Of a stretch of 64,000 nucleotides of DNA, positions 1-13,675 are shown piece by piece. The DNA lies in NCBI GenBank assembly GCA_951406725.2, contig OX597823.1, positions 44,950,001-45,014,000 on the forward strand. Direction: 5' to 3'. Below the pieces are notes generated by a model that saw nothing but the letters and a program-made list of their open reading frames with translations, made no database searches and was not told the origin of the DNA. The translations under genes and the position numbers were made by a program. This DNA comes from Octopus vulgaris (Eukaryota). The stretch's first letter is position 1. Each line of letters opens with the position of its first letter.

Positions 1-505
1 AAACTATCAAAGAGAAAGTTCAAAGAAGTATGTGTGAAACACATGTGAAAGAGGTAAACATATGGGGCAAAGGAGAGAAGCCACCATATCTGCAAACTGA
101 GCAAGGTAGGTTACATGGTAGTGGAATGGTACAGTATATCGAACCGTATAAGGTAAGAAAGAGAGCTAGAATGGTGGAAGAAAGGGGAGAGCAAGGAGTA
201 ATATCAGTAGCAAGAAAAGAAAACAGATGTCAGGTATACTTAGCAAGAAGAGAAGCTGAAAGTAAGAGGTTTACCAATGTTCTGTGACATGAGGGTCAGA
301 AGCATGATGTATTCCAGATTGAAAAGTACTGTGTCAAAATGAATTAGGGTGTTGAAAGTGAAAACTATTAATTCTCACCGATACCAAGATGAAAAAGGCA
401 TAAAAATGCTATCATGAGACATTGCTAAATGGAAAGAATATATGGTGGGGGGGGGACTACTTCAAGTAAACCCTACAGAGAGAGACCATTATCAAAATTA
501 ACAGC
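1..505 (+). mobile_element. Degenerate RTE-clade LINE ORF2 fragment (linker between endonuclease and RT)
   Basis: Broken frames read RVTW*WN, QVYLARREAESKRFTNVL, ETLLNGKNIW and LQVNPTER. These match the TWWWN, ARRQVYLAR and LLNxENxW pattern of RTE ORF2. Stops and frameshifts are present. Confidence 0.65.
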
Positions 506-2082
506 TAAAATGATGAAATAAATACACCCTACCACACACAGATACTTCTACACATATATGCGTGCATGAGTGTGGGCATAATTTTCATTTTATACATGTG
601 CGTGTCTCATTGGTTTTGCATCAGTTTTTCAATTTCCCAAACTACACAGAAAACTCATTTCACTTCAAATTAAGTATATCCTAATCAATTCTGCAGTTAT
701 TTACCATAAGAAAACAATTTTCCATCTGATGTTAGTACAATTCCATGCTTAGGTTTACTTTGAAAGACAGTTATATTCCTTCCTTCCTTGAGCTGATATT
801 GCGTGCATGTACAGTCATCTATGTATTTTATGCATGTACAACATGCAAGCAACTGAATCGCTAAAGCTTAACTACATGGAATACATAGGCACTGACAAAT
901 CAGTTACCTTCAACATACAACACACACATGTGCTGCATGCAAACACACAGGTGTGTATATATTTAAAAACTATATTAGCCTGTATTATCATGTGAGCGTT
1001 TATGTATGAATCAATATCTGCAATATATGTAAATATATGTAAGTGTACATGAGTACACGGGTTTAATATATGTGCATGAGAATATGGGTTTAATATATGT
1101 ACATACATGTAGTGCCCAAGTAGGTGTACATTAATTTAGTCATTAAAGAATATATAGAAATTCATTTATTTGCACAAGCATTACACCCACACACTCTCAA
1201 ATGTGATAGGGATGAAGAAGTCATCATTATATACATATGCTGATACAAACATAAACCCTTATTAACAAACTGGATTAGTATCCATACTAGCAAACTCACT
1301 TGGTAATAGTATGGTCACTGGCATGGAAACAGCTATAGATTTGATTTATTTGTATAAACACAACTAATGTAAATGTATAAATGAAATGTATTAATACTCT
1401 CAAACATGTAAGATGAAACTTCAATCCTTGGTTATTTAGAAAACATGCAAACTTAAATAATAAAATATATAATCATGTAACTAACCTCCCCACTTCTGAA
1501 AATTACTGGCTTTGTACCAACATTTAAAACCATTATTATTACTGTTACCTTAATTTATTGTGATATTATCAGGTCTGTAAGCATAGCGCAGATGGTAATG
1601 CACTCAGGAGCAATTAATTTCACTGATTAATAACCAAGTTCAAATCATGCCATCAGCTTTGACACTGCATTTTACAGTTGCTCAATCTGGAGAGGGTAGT
1701 GTTCTCTACTTTGCCAAAGGAAACTTGTCCATATGTTTGCATTTGCTGAAAATTTCTTATCTAGAATTCAGTAGTGCAGTGAAATTCTTAGATCTAAAAA
1801 CTATATGCGATCTTTCAGCTTTACATTGGAGAACAACATCCTCTCCAAACCGAACAGACTTTAGACCGCTTCCAATGATTCTGCACCATCTAGCTTTATG
1901 ACTCTATGGTCAAAGGGAACATGACTCTATTTTTTTTGTTTTTGTCTTTTTCTTTTCTTTTTCTATTTTTCTTAACCATTCCAATTCTTGAACCCACTTT
2001 CATCTCATTTTTTCTATTTGTCCTGATTTGCAATTTGTATGGGCCATATGCCAAGAACATGAAGATTACTTAGAGACAAAAG

Positions 2083-2547
2083 TTGTTTGCCAACATAACA
2101 TGACAGTCCTGGTTTAGGATGAATGTTGCTGTAATTTAGCCTAGGAGACATCGTCTCCAGCTGGCTATACGACACAATCTGTGTCCTTATATTTTCGAAC
2201 AAGGGAATCTAGCACCCCCACTCAGCTCAAAACAATATCTGTGTATCGTGATTTCCGGATTATTTCCCTTCATCAGCCAAATTTCCATTCGAAGTATATA
2301 GTTTTCAAAGTGACAACTAGTCACTAATCTATAATTTAGAAAATTACTATTGTTAAATCTCACGATGAGAGAAGGGAAATAACCCGGAAATTGTGATACA
2401 CAAATATTGTTTTGAGCTGAGTGGGGGTGCTAGATTCCCTTGTTCGAAAAGATTGTGTCATATAGCCAGCTGGAGACAATGTTTCCTGGGGCTAAATTAC
2501 AGCAACATTCATCCTAAACCATGACTGCCATGTTATGTTGGCAACAA
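2083..2547. repeat. Long inverted repeat (~190-bp arms, ~100-bp spacer), foldback/MITE-like
   Basis: 2083-2271 (ttgccaacataacatg...ttatttcccttc) is the near-exact reverse complement of 2371-2547 (gaagggaaataa...catgttatgttggcaa), with one short indel. Confidence 0.9.
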
Positions 2548-3169
2548 TCTTTACACCAAAGTACTGTTGCTGAATATCTCTCATTGTGAGGTTTAAAAAT
2601 AGTAATTTCCTAATACTTAGAGACACTAGTCATGTTTTAAAGCCTGCCTAGATAATATCTTCAGTGTATGAAACTATTAGTAGCTCATAACTATATACTG
2701 TGTACATTAAACAATATATATATAAACACCACAATAACTACCACCACTACTAGCAATTTTATCACTAATACAATCAACATTTCACCTTACCATTGCCCCA
2801 GAGACAAAAAAGGCTTCATTTCAAATTCCCATTACTGAATCACACACTTTGCAGAGAAATAAAATAACTGAAAAGACTAAATATGTAAACAGGAAATAAC
2901 ATACTACAAACATCCGTGCACACATATAACTAATCACATTCACTAAACACATACTATATTCATCCAAAATCTAACGCATGTACACATACAACATCTTAAA
3001 GTGCATACAAAAATGCATACACACATCATCATTATCCTTAAAGCATACAAAGATATACAAGCACGTGCACCTCCAGTGATAACAGTTAATTGGCAGGAAT
3101 AAATTGAGTGAGATCTCATTTGCAATGATAAGAAACTAGGTAGCAACTGAGACATAAGCAGAGATGTTA

Positions 3170-3660
3170 TTGTTGATAGCAACAGTGACATTAGCATCAA
3201 CAATATTGTTGATAAGAAGAGAGATATTTCACAGACAGAAATAAAAATATTGAGAGAAATATCAATATTGATAGCAACATCATTAGAAATATTAATATTA
3301 ATAGAAATAAGTATTGATTCACAGTGATAAGTAGTGCTGATATCATTGATAACAATACTGATAGCAATAAGGATATTGGCTGGAATATCAATAAGGATAT
3401 TGGTTGGAATATCAGTGTTGATATCAATAAGGATATTGTCTGGAATATCAATGTGGATATCATTATAGAAATTAACAGCAATATCAATATTCATAACACT
3501 GAAAATGTTGGCAGTAATTTCATTAATAATAATCAATTATATATTATAACAAATAGCATCAATACTTAACAGTGATGCGAATATCTATATTAATAGGAAT
3601 AAGGATATTTGCAATAATAATACCCTTATAATAATTGATAGTATAGAGAATATTAAAAGT
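3170..3660. repeat. Degenerate 12/24-bp minisatellite (ataaggatattggNtggaatatca)
   Basis: Near-identical units at about 3367, 3391 and 3427, with decayed units on both sides. Confidence 0.75.
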
Positions 3661-3954
3661 TATCAGTAATAAAAGAGTGGTGTAAAGATAGCAGATACAG
3701 AGAAGAGAAGTAAAATGAATGAGATATTAAGCATTTACTTTCAAGTCTCTGGTTATTATTTCAGATACTAATGGGGGTTTCAACCTGCCTCTCATATGAA
3801 CAGGGGATAAATACTCCATTACAATAACTGACCTAGTATCTAATTACTAAGGAGAATATTGATATGGCATATAAGAAAGCCTCTAATACGATCACTTGGT
3901 CTGCTGTAACAGCTAACTCTCCCTACCGACTTATTAAAAAAGACATTAGATAAG

Positions 3955-4281
3955 GTAGTCCAGTGGTTAGAGTGTTGGGCTTACAATCATAAGGTTGTGA
4001 GTTCGATTCCCAGACCAGGCTGTGTGTTGTGTTCTTGAGCAAGACATTTTATTTCATGTTGCTCCAGTTCATTCAGCTGTAGAAATAAGTTGTGATGACA
4101 CTGGTACCAAGTTGTATCAGCTTTTGCCTTCTCCTTGGACAAAATCAGAGGTGTGGAGAGGAGAAACTGGTATGCATAAGTGACTGCTGGTCTTCCACAA
4201 ACAACCTTGCCTGGACTTGTGCCTTGGAGAATTTTCTAGATGCAATTCCATGGTTATTCATGACCAACAGGAGTCTTTACT
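3955..4281 (+). mobile_element. tRNA-derived SINE, family S1, nested in an older repeat
   Basis: A-box-like cagtggttag and B-box gttcgattcc; body gtgttcttgagcaagaca...gctccagttca; colinear with 48661-48996. Confidence 0.85.
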
Positions 4282-4899
4282 CTTTACCCATTTTAGTCCA
4301 AATTACACTATTCCTGGATAAGAAAAAATGGACAAGATTGCCTTTGACCATAGGTCAGCTTGATCGTATCCAAATTTGAGTTAAATAACAACCACAAAAA
4401 TAATTTCAGGTTTGATTGGGCTTAAGATTAATAGTGTAGAGATGCTAGGGACACACTCACTAATGAGAATGAGATATACTTAATTATGTCAAGATTTATT
4501 AACCCACTGTGCTACTATAAAACATAATAGCAAAGATATATGTAACCAAACTATTGAAGACTATGTTTGGTTATTAAGAAACAAAATAGCAGATCATACG
4601 TGTTTAAAAATTCTAACAAAATTTTCAGAATATAATGCAGTAATACAATATGTTTAAAAGTTGGAGATGATGCTGACCATATGGACATGAACATATAACA
4701 TGATATTGTGCATGATCATGTAAAATAATAAGGACTACAGCATAAAAGCTTCCCTTCCTCTTCAGAGCCAGAAATACTTCAGCTCTGAGCAACTATTAAA
4801 CCTTTACAAAGCTAAAACTGAGATCTGCAACAGAGTACTGTTCCCATTGTTGGAAAGATGCTACTATACTTGCACAGGCATCCTTGATGACATCAAGAG

Positions 4900-5240
4900 A
4901 AAGACCACCTGACTAATGCAAAATTGCTTGTCAATACACTGCAACACCTTCCCACAGATGTACTGCCTTTTTGTTGTTTTTTCAGTAATGAGCTCTCCTC
5001 AACTACACTTGAGCACTTCTGACTCAGTTTTGCTCCTACCATCATTCATACTGTGCTCCCCCTGCCAGACATCACACAAACCATTTCCCAAGTCCTTCCT
5101 TTTCAGTATGACAACCCTCTGGTTTTCCTATTTTGCCATTATTTTTACTCGCAACCATGAACTTGCAATTGTTCAAGAACAGAATCAGCCACATTGATCT
5201 CACTGGTCACAGATGATCTGCAATGACCATGGGCTCAGCC
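4900..5240 (-). mobile_element. Highly decayed RTE-like LINE fragment (RT C-terminal part and Cys-rich insert)
   Basis: Minus-strand frames give VIADHL, QLQVHG and GLGKW, reminiscent of the LVIIA / GLRVN / GKWPC...CGRC region of RTE ORF2. Confidence 0.35.
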
Positions 5241-5949
5241 CTTTCATATAAACCAAACTAATAAAAAAGGAAAACAAGTTTTTTGTTCTAGAATATATAA
5301 CATGACTATTTACTATGTGGATGTAACAAGAACTTCAGAGATATTCTGTAGTTACATTATCAAAACTACAAATTAATTACAGTATAAAAGATAGCTATGA
5401 AACAAGCATAATATATACATAAATATAAATAAATATTTCAAGAAATTTCATCAACATTGATAAAAAGACAAGTAGTTGGATAAAAGTGGTATTACCAACA
5501 TTCATGTTTCTAACCAATTTACTAATAACATTTTTAATTTTTTCCTTCCTCATTAAAACAAATTAAGTAGTCAAATTTGTTTTACATATTTTAATCCATC
5601 AAAAAATAACACTTGGTTTACATTCTTGATAAAGTTTAGTGATAATGTCTGGAAAAAAAGGGGAAAAAATTAAAAGTAGAGAATTATCTGTTGCTCTGGT
5701 AAGTAGTGTTTAAATGAAATTAAGCTTCTTATTTCATTTACATATTTGAAACAGAAGTAAATGATTACCCTACAATTTTTAATGGTGAGCAATAATGTTT
5801 AATTAGACTTTATATCATCATTAACAATTCAATAATTTAAGGAAATCATCATTTTCACTAATGGTTCATTACGAGGGTTTTGTGTTATGATGCTTGCATG
5901 CTTGAGTGAGTGCATAAATGTGTACCTGTATATGTGTGTGTATCTATTA

Positions 5950-5951
<2 letters not shown>

Positions 5952-6000
<49 letters not shown>

Positions 6001-6199
6001 GTACTGTTCTGTGATAGATAATTCAGCAAAGAAAGTAATCCATCTGGTGAGATATAAGTATTATTTATTTAAAGGACATAATACAAGTATTAAAGCGCTT
6101 ACTAATAGTTTCATATGTTGAGAAAACTCAAATATATTATTCAGGTACAAACCACATATCATAGTGAACTAAAGAAATTGAATATACAGACATGCACAT

Positions 6200-6233
<34 letters not shown>

Positions 6234-6529
6234 GTAGACAGATAGATATAGATATATACACACATACACATACATATATACACACACATACATACACACA
6301 CACACATATATATATATACACATACATATATATACACACACACACATATATACATACATATAATCAAACACAATGTGAGGATAGGGTGCAAGTAAAGTTT
6401 TAGCAGATGCTCAAGGAAGGAAACAAAGATGGTTTAATGTTTCGAGCAACTTTCTTCTTCAGAAACAGAGGAAAGTTCAACAGAAAGGATTTTTTCCACA
6501 CATAAATATATATATAATGTACATGTATG

Positions 6530-6566
<37 letters not shown>
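5952..6566. repeat. Compound (TA)n/(CA)n microsatellite cluster with two short unique inserts
   Basis: TA/CA runs at about 5952-5998, 6195-6360 and 6505-6566 separate inserts at about 6000-6190 and 6360-6505. Confidence 0.9.
6432..6466 (-). ncRNA. Decayed minimal type I hammerhead ribozyme motif
   Basis: Minus strand: GUUU-CUGAAGA-agaaaguugcuc-GAAAcaUU-AAAC. Stem I GUUU/AAAC is intact; stem II and the stem III palindrome are mutated. Confidence 0.45.
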
Positions 6567-6569
<3 letters not shown>

Positions 6570-7555
6570 TACAAGAAATAAAAGAATATTTGAATTCAAG
6601 ATGGCTCTGAAAGACAGAACTGAACACTGTACATACATACACATGCATGTATACAGTGGCCTCTTGGTGTACATAGTAGATTGGCCTTGCAAATCATTAT
6701 GCATGTTGAAATCATGAAATTCAAGGAAAATACATTTTTCATGATATTATCAATAAAAAACAATGTAGCAAAATTTAAAGCTATTGGAATGAAATTAAAA
6801 ATATGATTATCACACATGAGTGTGTTTATCTTTGATAATATTGATGCTTTATAACTTAATGGTCCAAAAACATTCACCTACACATTACTATATAACACAT
6901 GTAATTCAATTTTATGATAACATTAAATTTGCTAATCTTTTTCTCCTGTTCTTGATATAAAGGTTCTTTTTGACATTTTCATCCAAAATAAGCTTGTTTT
7001 GTCTGCATTAAAGATTTGTTTTAAAGAATTTCAAACCTTCTATTATATTAGTTAATTGTAACAGAAATCCATGTGCAGTTTTGTTATTGCTTCACTTTTG
7101 TTATATAATTTGACATCACAGAGAAAGCTTACTATCCAAAAATTCAGACTATAGTTGATCAGATGTTCGATTATGATTTTGCCTTTGTTCATTTTAAATG
7201 TTCAACAGTTCACAAAACTATTTTTTCACATTTTGTAGAATCCTTTTCTATTCTGAAGTTCGTTTAATATTTTAATACACATTTCTACAGAAACTGTCTG
7301 TCTTGTTCGGTTTTGGTTTCTGTTTGAAACTATTATTCAATATTGAAAATATTTAAAATATAAAAATGATAAAAGCAATATACATGCTACTTTAGCAAGT
7401 GGTATGTGTTACTAATCTCACTTTTATAGAAATGGAGTGAAAATAAAATGAAGGGAAAATATAAAACCAAAAAATAAATGACAAAGTGGTACCTGCCAAA
7501 ATGAAACTTGCAAACCAAGCACCGTGTTAACTGAGGAAATCTCTGTGTGTGTATG

Positions 7556-7700
7556 ATCATCATTTGATATCCGTGTTCCATGCTGGCATGGGTTGGATGG
7601 TTTAACAAAATCTAAAAGGTCTAAGCACTGCATTGTGTTCCACAATTGACTTTGGCATGGCTTCTATGGCTGGATGCATTTCCTAACACTAACTATCACT
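7556..7700 (-). mobile_element. SINE family S4 3' part (RTE-type tail)
   Basis: catcatttgatatccgtgttccatgctggcatgggttgga...ggatgcatttcctaac; related copies at about 16226, 19031, 30750 and 59440. Confidence 0.7.
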
Positions 7701-8967
7701 GGAGGGGTTGACCATGCGGTTTGCAAGACTATGAACCCTGAAAGAGGCAGCATTATGCTGAGAGATGAAGGGTTAAAGAATGGGAGAAAGGGTCAGAGCA
7801 GAACAGATTTCTTGTTTTACAGAGGCCACATGGCTATTCACGAGGCATCTCTGTGGATCCTCATGTAGGAAGTGAGTCAAAGTAAATGGAGGAAGAAATG
7901 GGAATGTGGGAATTGCTAAAGTGTAGAAGAGATTGCAAGATGTGGATGGGTGGGGAGAATATAATAATGAAGAACAAGTGTTGAGTGGATACCAAGTAGA
8001 GGAGAGGATGAGCAAATGATGAAAGAGATGAAGAGTAGCAGAATAGTTATAGTGGTGAAACAGTAGACAGGAAAACTGAGAGAGGGAAGATAATGAGGTG
8101 GGGGTAGGGATGACCCAATGATCACAGGAGTGAAGAGCAGCAGGTGATGATAATATACACACACACACATATATATATCTATAGAGAGAGAGACACACAT
8201 ATATGAGATGATTCAATATTTTTTTACAAGCATTTCTGTATAGTAAACTGGTTTCTAAGAAATGTTTAAAAGCTGTTTCCCATGCTTGCTTGTCAAGAAA
8301 ACAATGTTAGCTAACTCCTAACATTTTTCCCCATTTTAGCTTACTGCAGCTATTTCTGATGTCAAAAATATTCAAAATCAGCAAAGCTACTATTAAATTA
8401 TTTCTTCTGATTTTACTGGTTAATATTTGAACATCACTTTATTCATGAATCACAACATTTCCTCAACTACAGAGATTTTGCAAAAGTTGAAATGTATAGT
8501 AGCTTCTCATGTTCTTTACTGATAGAAACGAGTTTCTCCATGTTCTTCACAGATAGAAACAAGTTTACACAGATGAACTAGGTACCAGTTGTTGTATTGT
8601 GATGTGGATGCTAGGGTACATGGTTTCTAGGTCACTGGCCTGTGGTGACCTAAATGCTTAACAATAATATCCTGTTTGGAAGCATCACTTCAAATGGTTT
8701 TAACATCTATTTTCCCACACTATCATGGGTTAGTCAAATATATTTTAGAGACATTGTTTTATAACTGGATTTTTTTCCTATTGCTGACCATTATCCATTT
8801 TTCAAGTAAGGGACCTCTTGTTCCACACATCTTCAAAGGTGCAAAACTAGCTGATGGTTTGTTGACAGGAGAAATGACAATAATGACATCACTTGTAACT
8901 CAATGATTTTTGAAGAAGCACAAATGTAAGCAAACACAACACAGATATTTTATAAGTGTGTGTAAAA

Positions 8968-9301
8968 AGGGTAAAGGCCTGTTTTGGTTATGAATAACCA
9001 TGGGATTGCACCTAGAGAGTTTCACTTCACAGCACCAGTTTGGGCAAGGTTGTTTTTACAGAAGACCAGCAGTTGTCCCTGAATACCAGGTTCCCCTCTC
9101 CCTACCACTGATGTTACCCAAGGGAAAGACAAAGGCCGATACAGCATGGCCCTGGTGATGTTGCAACTCATTTCTACAGCTGAGTGAACTGGAGCAATGT
9201 GAAATAAAGTGTCTTGCTCAAGAACGTAACACACAGCTCAGTCCAGGAATCAAACTCACTACCTCATGATTGTGAGCCCAACACTCTAGCCACTGAACCA
9301 T
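8968..9301 (-). mobile_element. tRNA-derived SINE, family S1
   Basis: Reverse complement of 48661-48996 over nearly its full length. Confidence 0.85.
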
Positions 9302-9789
9302 ATATGGAATACTCATACACAATGTAGGTGCTTTGCTTGTTCGCCAGTTGGCTGTGATATGATGTGGAGGATGTGACTCTTATAAAGTATCAAGTATTAA
9401 AACACCTGAAAGTCATAGTCATAGACAGGTGAGATAACTCACGCCAAGTCCCATTCAGGAGGGATGGACATCAATGTTTTGATATCTTGGTGGCTTATTA
9501 ATATCATGTACCTGAACCAAGTGGGAGGCAAATTGAATAGCCTGTCCACGATTATGTAAAATGGTGTAAAAACCAACTGTTGATATGCCCAAACAATGCA
9601 TATGTAGGAGTAAATTCAAATAAGAATTAGAAGCAACATGAGCATTGTAAACGTTATCAAATGCACATACACAATGTATTTGCTTGTTCACAGGTTGGCT
9701 GTGATTTGATGCAGAGGAGATGATTCTCTCAAAGCGCTGAGTGTTAAAACACCTGAAAGTCGTGGTGTGTGTGTATGTGTGTGTGTGTT

Positions 9790-10153
9790 CTTTTATTTGT
9801 TAGCCATTTGACTGCAACCATGCTGGAGCACAACCTTAAAGGATTTTAGTTGGACAAATCAACCCCAGGACTTATTCTTTGTAAGCCTAGTACTTATTCT
9901 ATCAGTCTCTTTAGTCGAACTGCTAAGTTACAGGGACATAAACACACCAATATTGATTGTCAAGCAATGGTGGAGGTCAAACACTGATACAAACACAAAA
10001 ATATATACATATACACATATGACGGGCTTCTTTTAGTTTCAGCCAACCAAATCTACTCACAAGGCTTTGGTTGGCCCTGAGGCAATAGTAGAAGACACTT
10101 GCTCAAGATCCACACAGTGGGACTGAACCCGGAAATACAGCCATGCCTGCACC
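9790..10153 (-). mobile_element. tRNA-derived SINE, family S2 (internal TA/CA microsatellite)
   Basis: Tail tgactgcaaccatgctggagc...gtaagcctagtacttattc and core ctactcacaaggctttgg; colinear with 25511-25915. Confidence 0.85.
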
Positions 10154-10185
<32 letters not shown>

Positions 10186-10267
10186 TACATAAACAACAAA
10201 CTTTTTCATTTTCCTTTTACCAAATCACTCACAAAACTTTTGTTGGCCTCATACTAGAATGAATATA

Positions 10268-10558
10268 GGTAAAGACCTCCTTTGGTCATGAATGATCATG
10301 GGATTGCACCTAGAAAGTTACCCTCCAAGACACAATTCCAGGCAAGTTTCTATGCAAGACTAGCAGTTTCCCATGCATACTCGCCTCCCTTCTCCACTCT
10401 ACTGATGTTATCCAAGGGAAAGGCAAAGGCCAATACAGCTTGGCACCAGTGATGTTGCACCCCATTTCTACAGCTGGTGAACAGGAGCAACATGGGAAAA
10501 AGTGGCCTACTCAAGAACTCAACATACAGAGCAGTCCGGGAAGCAAACTCACTACCTC
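10268..10558 (-). mobile_element. SINE family S1, 5' head truncated
   Basis: ggtaaagacctcctttggtcatgaatgatcatgggattgcacctag... matches the S1 body and tail. Confidence 0.8.
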
Positions 10559-12789
10559 AAAGTTGACTAGAGCCCTAAGTATCAGCATCATTGTTTACTT
10601 TCCAATGCTTGCTTAGGTCAGACAAAGTGAAAAATAAAGCATGCTGAGAACATATGAGTATGCATATATTTGTGTGTATGCATGTGTTTTGTGCATTGTG
10701 GTGCTATGTGAGAACGTTTGTAAGTATACTGTGTGGGTGTATGTGCATAAAATTTGGATCTATATATAAAAGCAGTGGTGAAGCAGACCTGGTTCCCATT
10801 GTTGTTCATCCAATATGCATCTTCTCCAAGATTCAGTAGATACTGTTAGCATTGACCTCTGCATCTATAAATTTCTTATGGCAAGTCTCCAACTTCAAAT
10901 TCAATATATACCTGTCCTAATATTTGGCAGCACAGGCCTCGCTCAATACTACCACTACTGTTACTGTCAATATTTATTGGCAAGATATGCTGCTACAGAT
11001 CATGCTATTTCAAAGTGGAACTGGAGATGACCTGTAGAAACTACAATATGAACCTCTGAGTGGAATGAAATCTAGTGAGGAGTCCCTACACAGTGACTCG
11101 ACTTGCTAGAAATAGCAGCCAAATCTTCCTCAAGTTACAACCTGCTATATTAGAAAGGGATGCATTGCATAATATGGTCCAGAGTTCCTTGTATACAGGA
11201 AATGGTAGTATGGTCATAATTGGAGTGTCTAATCATAGGTGTGTTCAGAGTTGACCAGGACTAAGCTACAATAACTCTCCTTCCCAAGAGGGATGCATCT
11301 CCCTAGCTTCCTGCCCAACTTTTTGATTATTTTTCTTTAGTCATCTTGCATCCTTGACTTCTCATGCTCTCACAGCAACTCATTTGTTTGGTGACCCTTT
11401 CTTAAAAACCACCAGACCAATCTCTCAACTTCACTTTTAGCCTTAATTTTCTCATTCTCAAATGAGGGACCAAAACAACACATAAATTTTCCCTATCTTC
11501 CAGCTTATTTTGAATGATTTCTTTCTGGATACAAGAATCTTATTTATCCTACATGAATACTACATTGATGACGAGATTTTAATGAAGTGATAGTTTATTG
11601 ACAGAATCTTTTTATACAAAACCCATGGATAACATTTTTGTAGCTAAGTGTACTAGTTGTTAAAATTTTGGCAGCTTACCACTAAATAAAGATTTTATAT
11701 GTATGAATATATACAAACACATATCAGTTTTATAATTCATTTTTTCCATAATTACATATACTGGAGGGGTTTGCAATACAGAAACCTTCCACAAGTCTTA
11801 ATCATTATTTGTGTCTAAAATACTTTTTGTCAGCTAAAAGAGACACTGAATTTAGATGCTGCATGTATTGTAGGAATATTACTTATGAAGAGTATATACA
11901 GCAGTCTCTACCAATTAACAACAGAGTCAGAGAAGGAATATTAAAAGAATAGTAATGATTTATAAACGGTCATTTTGGAACAAATAATCTCCAAGTAATT
12001 TGTTTGAAAATCTGTGTTGTTACTACTTTGTAGATGAAAAAGAAAAGCAACATGGTTTTGTAGTACTTATTATTATAGTTGCATAAAGCAATGGAATAGT
12101 GGAAACAAAGTTTTGAACTAAATTTCTTACAGTATTTAGATTTGTCTCTCCATCTTTTAAGTTCAAATCCTATTGAAGCTGACTGCCTTTCATCTTTTGG
12201 AATTGATAAAACAAGTGCCAGTCACTTTCTAGAGTTAGATTAATGGACTATAGTCTTGCTATACCAATATGTGGCCTTGTGCCAATGTAAGAGAAATCAA
12301 TATTGCTTCAATTAGATTAAAACAATTGTTTACAGGGAAAGAACTTAACTTTTCTGGCTAGTAACAATTGTCTTCACAGTGATCAGTACATACATACCTA
12401 AAGCCATGATAAAACTATCTTTCCTTAAAAAAAATCAGTGCTAAACAAAAATTCAAAGGAATTAACAATGAAACTGAGTAAAAATTTGTGAGTCATTCAT
12501 ACAATGCCTATCCTTCAAGGATATTGTTGTTTTGTAGCTTAAAATGTTTGGTGTTTTGTAACTGTTAATGCAATACAAAAATAAGTTATTTTGTTTAATA
12601 ATTTCTGCCAGACCATTGTAAACAGCCAATAAGATACATATAGTACAATACACCATAGTACAGAGACGAAAGAAAAGCAAGAGAATGTGCATTCAGAAAT
12701 GCGCATGCACACACATATTAAAATATATGTAGCTATGTCTGTGTATTTGTATTCACACACAGATATAAATATATGACACGCACACACAC

Positions 12790-12847
<58 letters not shown>

Positions 12848-13183
12848 AAAGAAAAACAGTACTTTTGACTAGATATTACATGAAGAATGGATTTAATCCT
12901 AACTGTAGGCAATGTTTGGTCATAAAAAATGCAACATATCCTACAATGTCTGATACAGCAGTGACAGTGGAGCAGTAGAGAGACTGGACAATAAATCAAA
13001 GCTTACACAATTGAAACAACCTTTGCATGACAGCAATAAGCAAATGAAAGCAGAGACAATGACTTAGAAGTACAGAAGACATTTTTAATATCTAAAAGAA
13101 ACAACAACTGTTCCCTAAGTTGAACGAATAATATATTTATTAGTAATGTATTTACAAAATGGTAGAGTTTTTTTCTTTTTTCT

Positions 13184-13570
13184 TTTTCTTGTTTCAGTCA
13201 TTAGACTGCAGCCATCTTGGAGGTACTGCCTTCAAGAATTTTAATTGAATGAATCAACTCCAGTACTTATTGTTATTTTTTATTCTTTGTAAAGTCGGGT
13301 ACTCATTCTAATGGTCTCCTTGTTAAACCACTAAGTTAAGGGGACGTAAACACACCAACACTGGTTGTCAAGCAGTGTAGTGGGGGACAAACACAAAGAC
13401 ACACACACACACACACATACAGCAGGCTTCTTTCAGTTTACGTCTACAAAAGGTTTTAGTTGGCCTGAGGCTATAGAAGACACCTGCCCAAAGTGCAACA
13501 CAGTGGGACTGAACCCAGAGTCGTGTGGTTAGGAAGCAAGCTTCTTATCACATAGCTATACTTGCATCTA
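13184..13570 (-). mobile_element. SINE family S2 flanked by a 29-bp direct repeat
   Basis: S2 tail and head motifs; atatatttattagtaatgtatttacaaaa occurs at 13131-13159 and 13577-13605. Confidence 0.85.
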
Positions 13571-13675
13571 TAAATGATATATTTATTAGTAATGTATTTA
13601 CAAAAGAATGGAGTCAGCAACCTTTTTGTATTATATTTACGTGGGTCACTACAGAAAACAAAAACTCTTCAGTAA

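Noticed and set aside
2943-3569. Overlapping 197, 96 and 81 aa ORFs rich in I/N/D
   Set aside because: Produced by a minisatellite with a period divisible by three, open on both strands; no domain signal.
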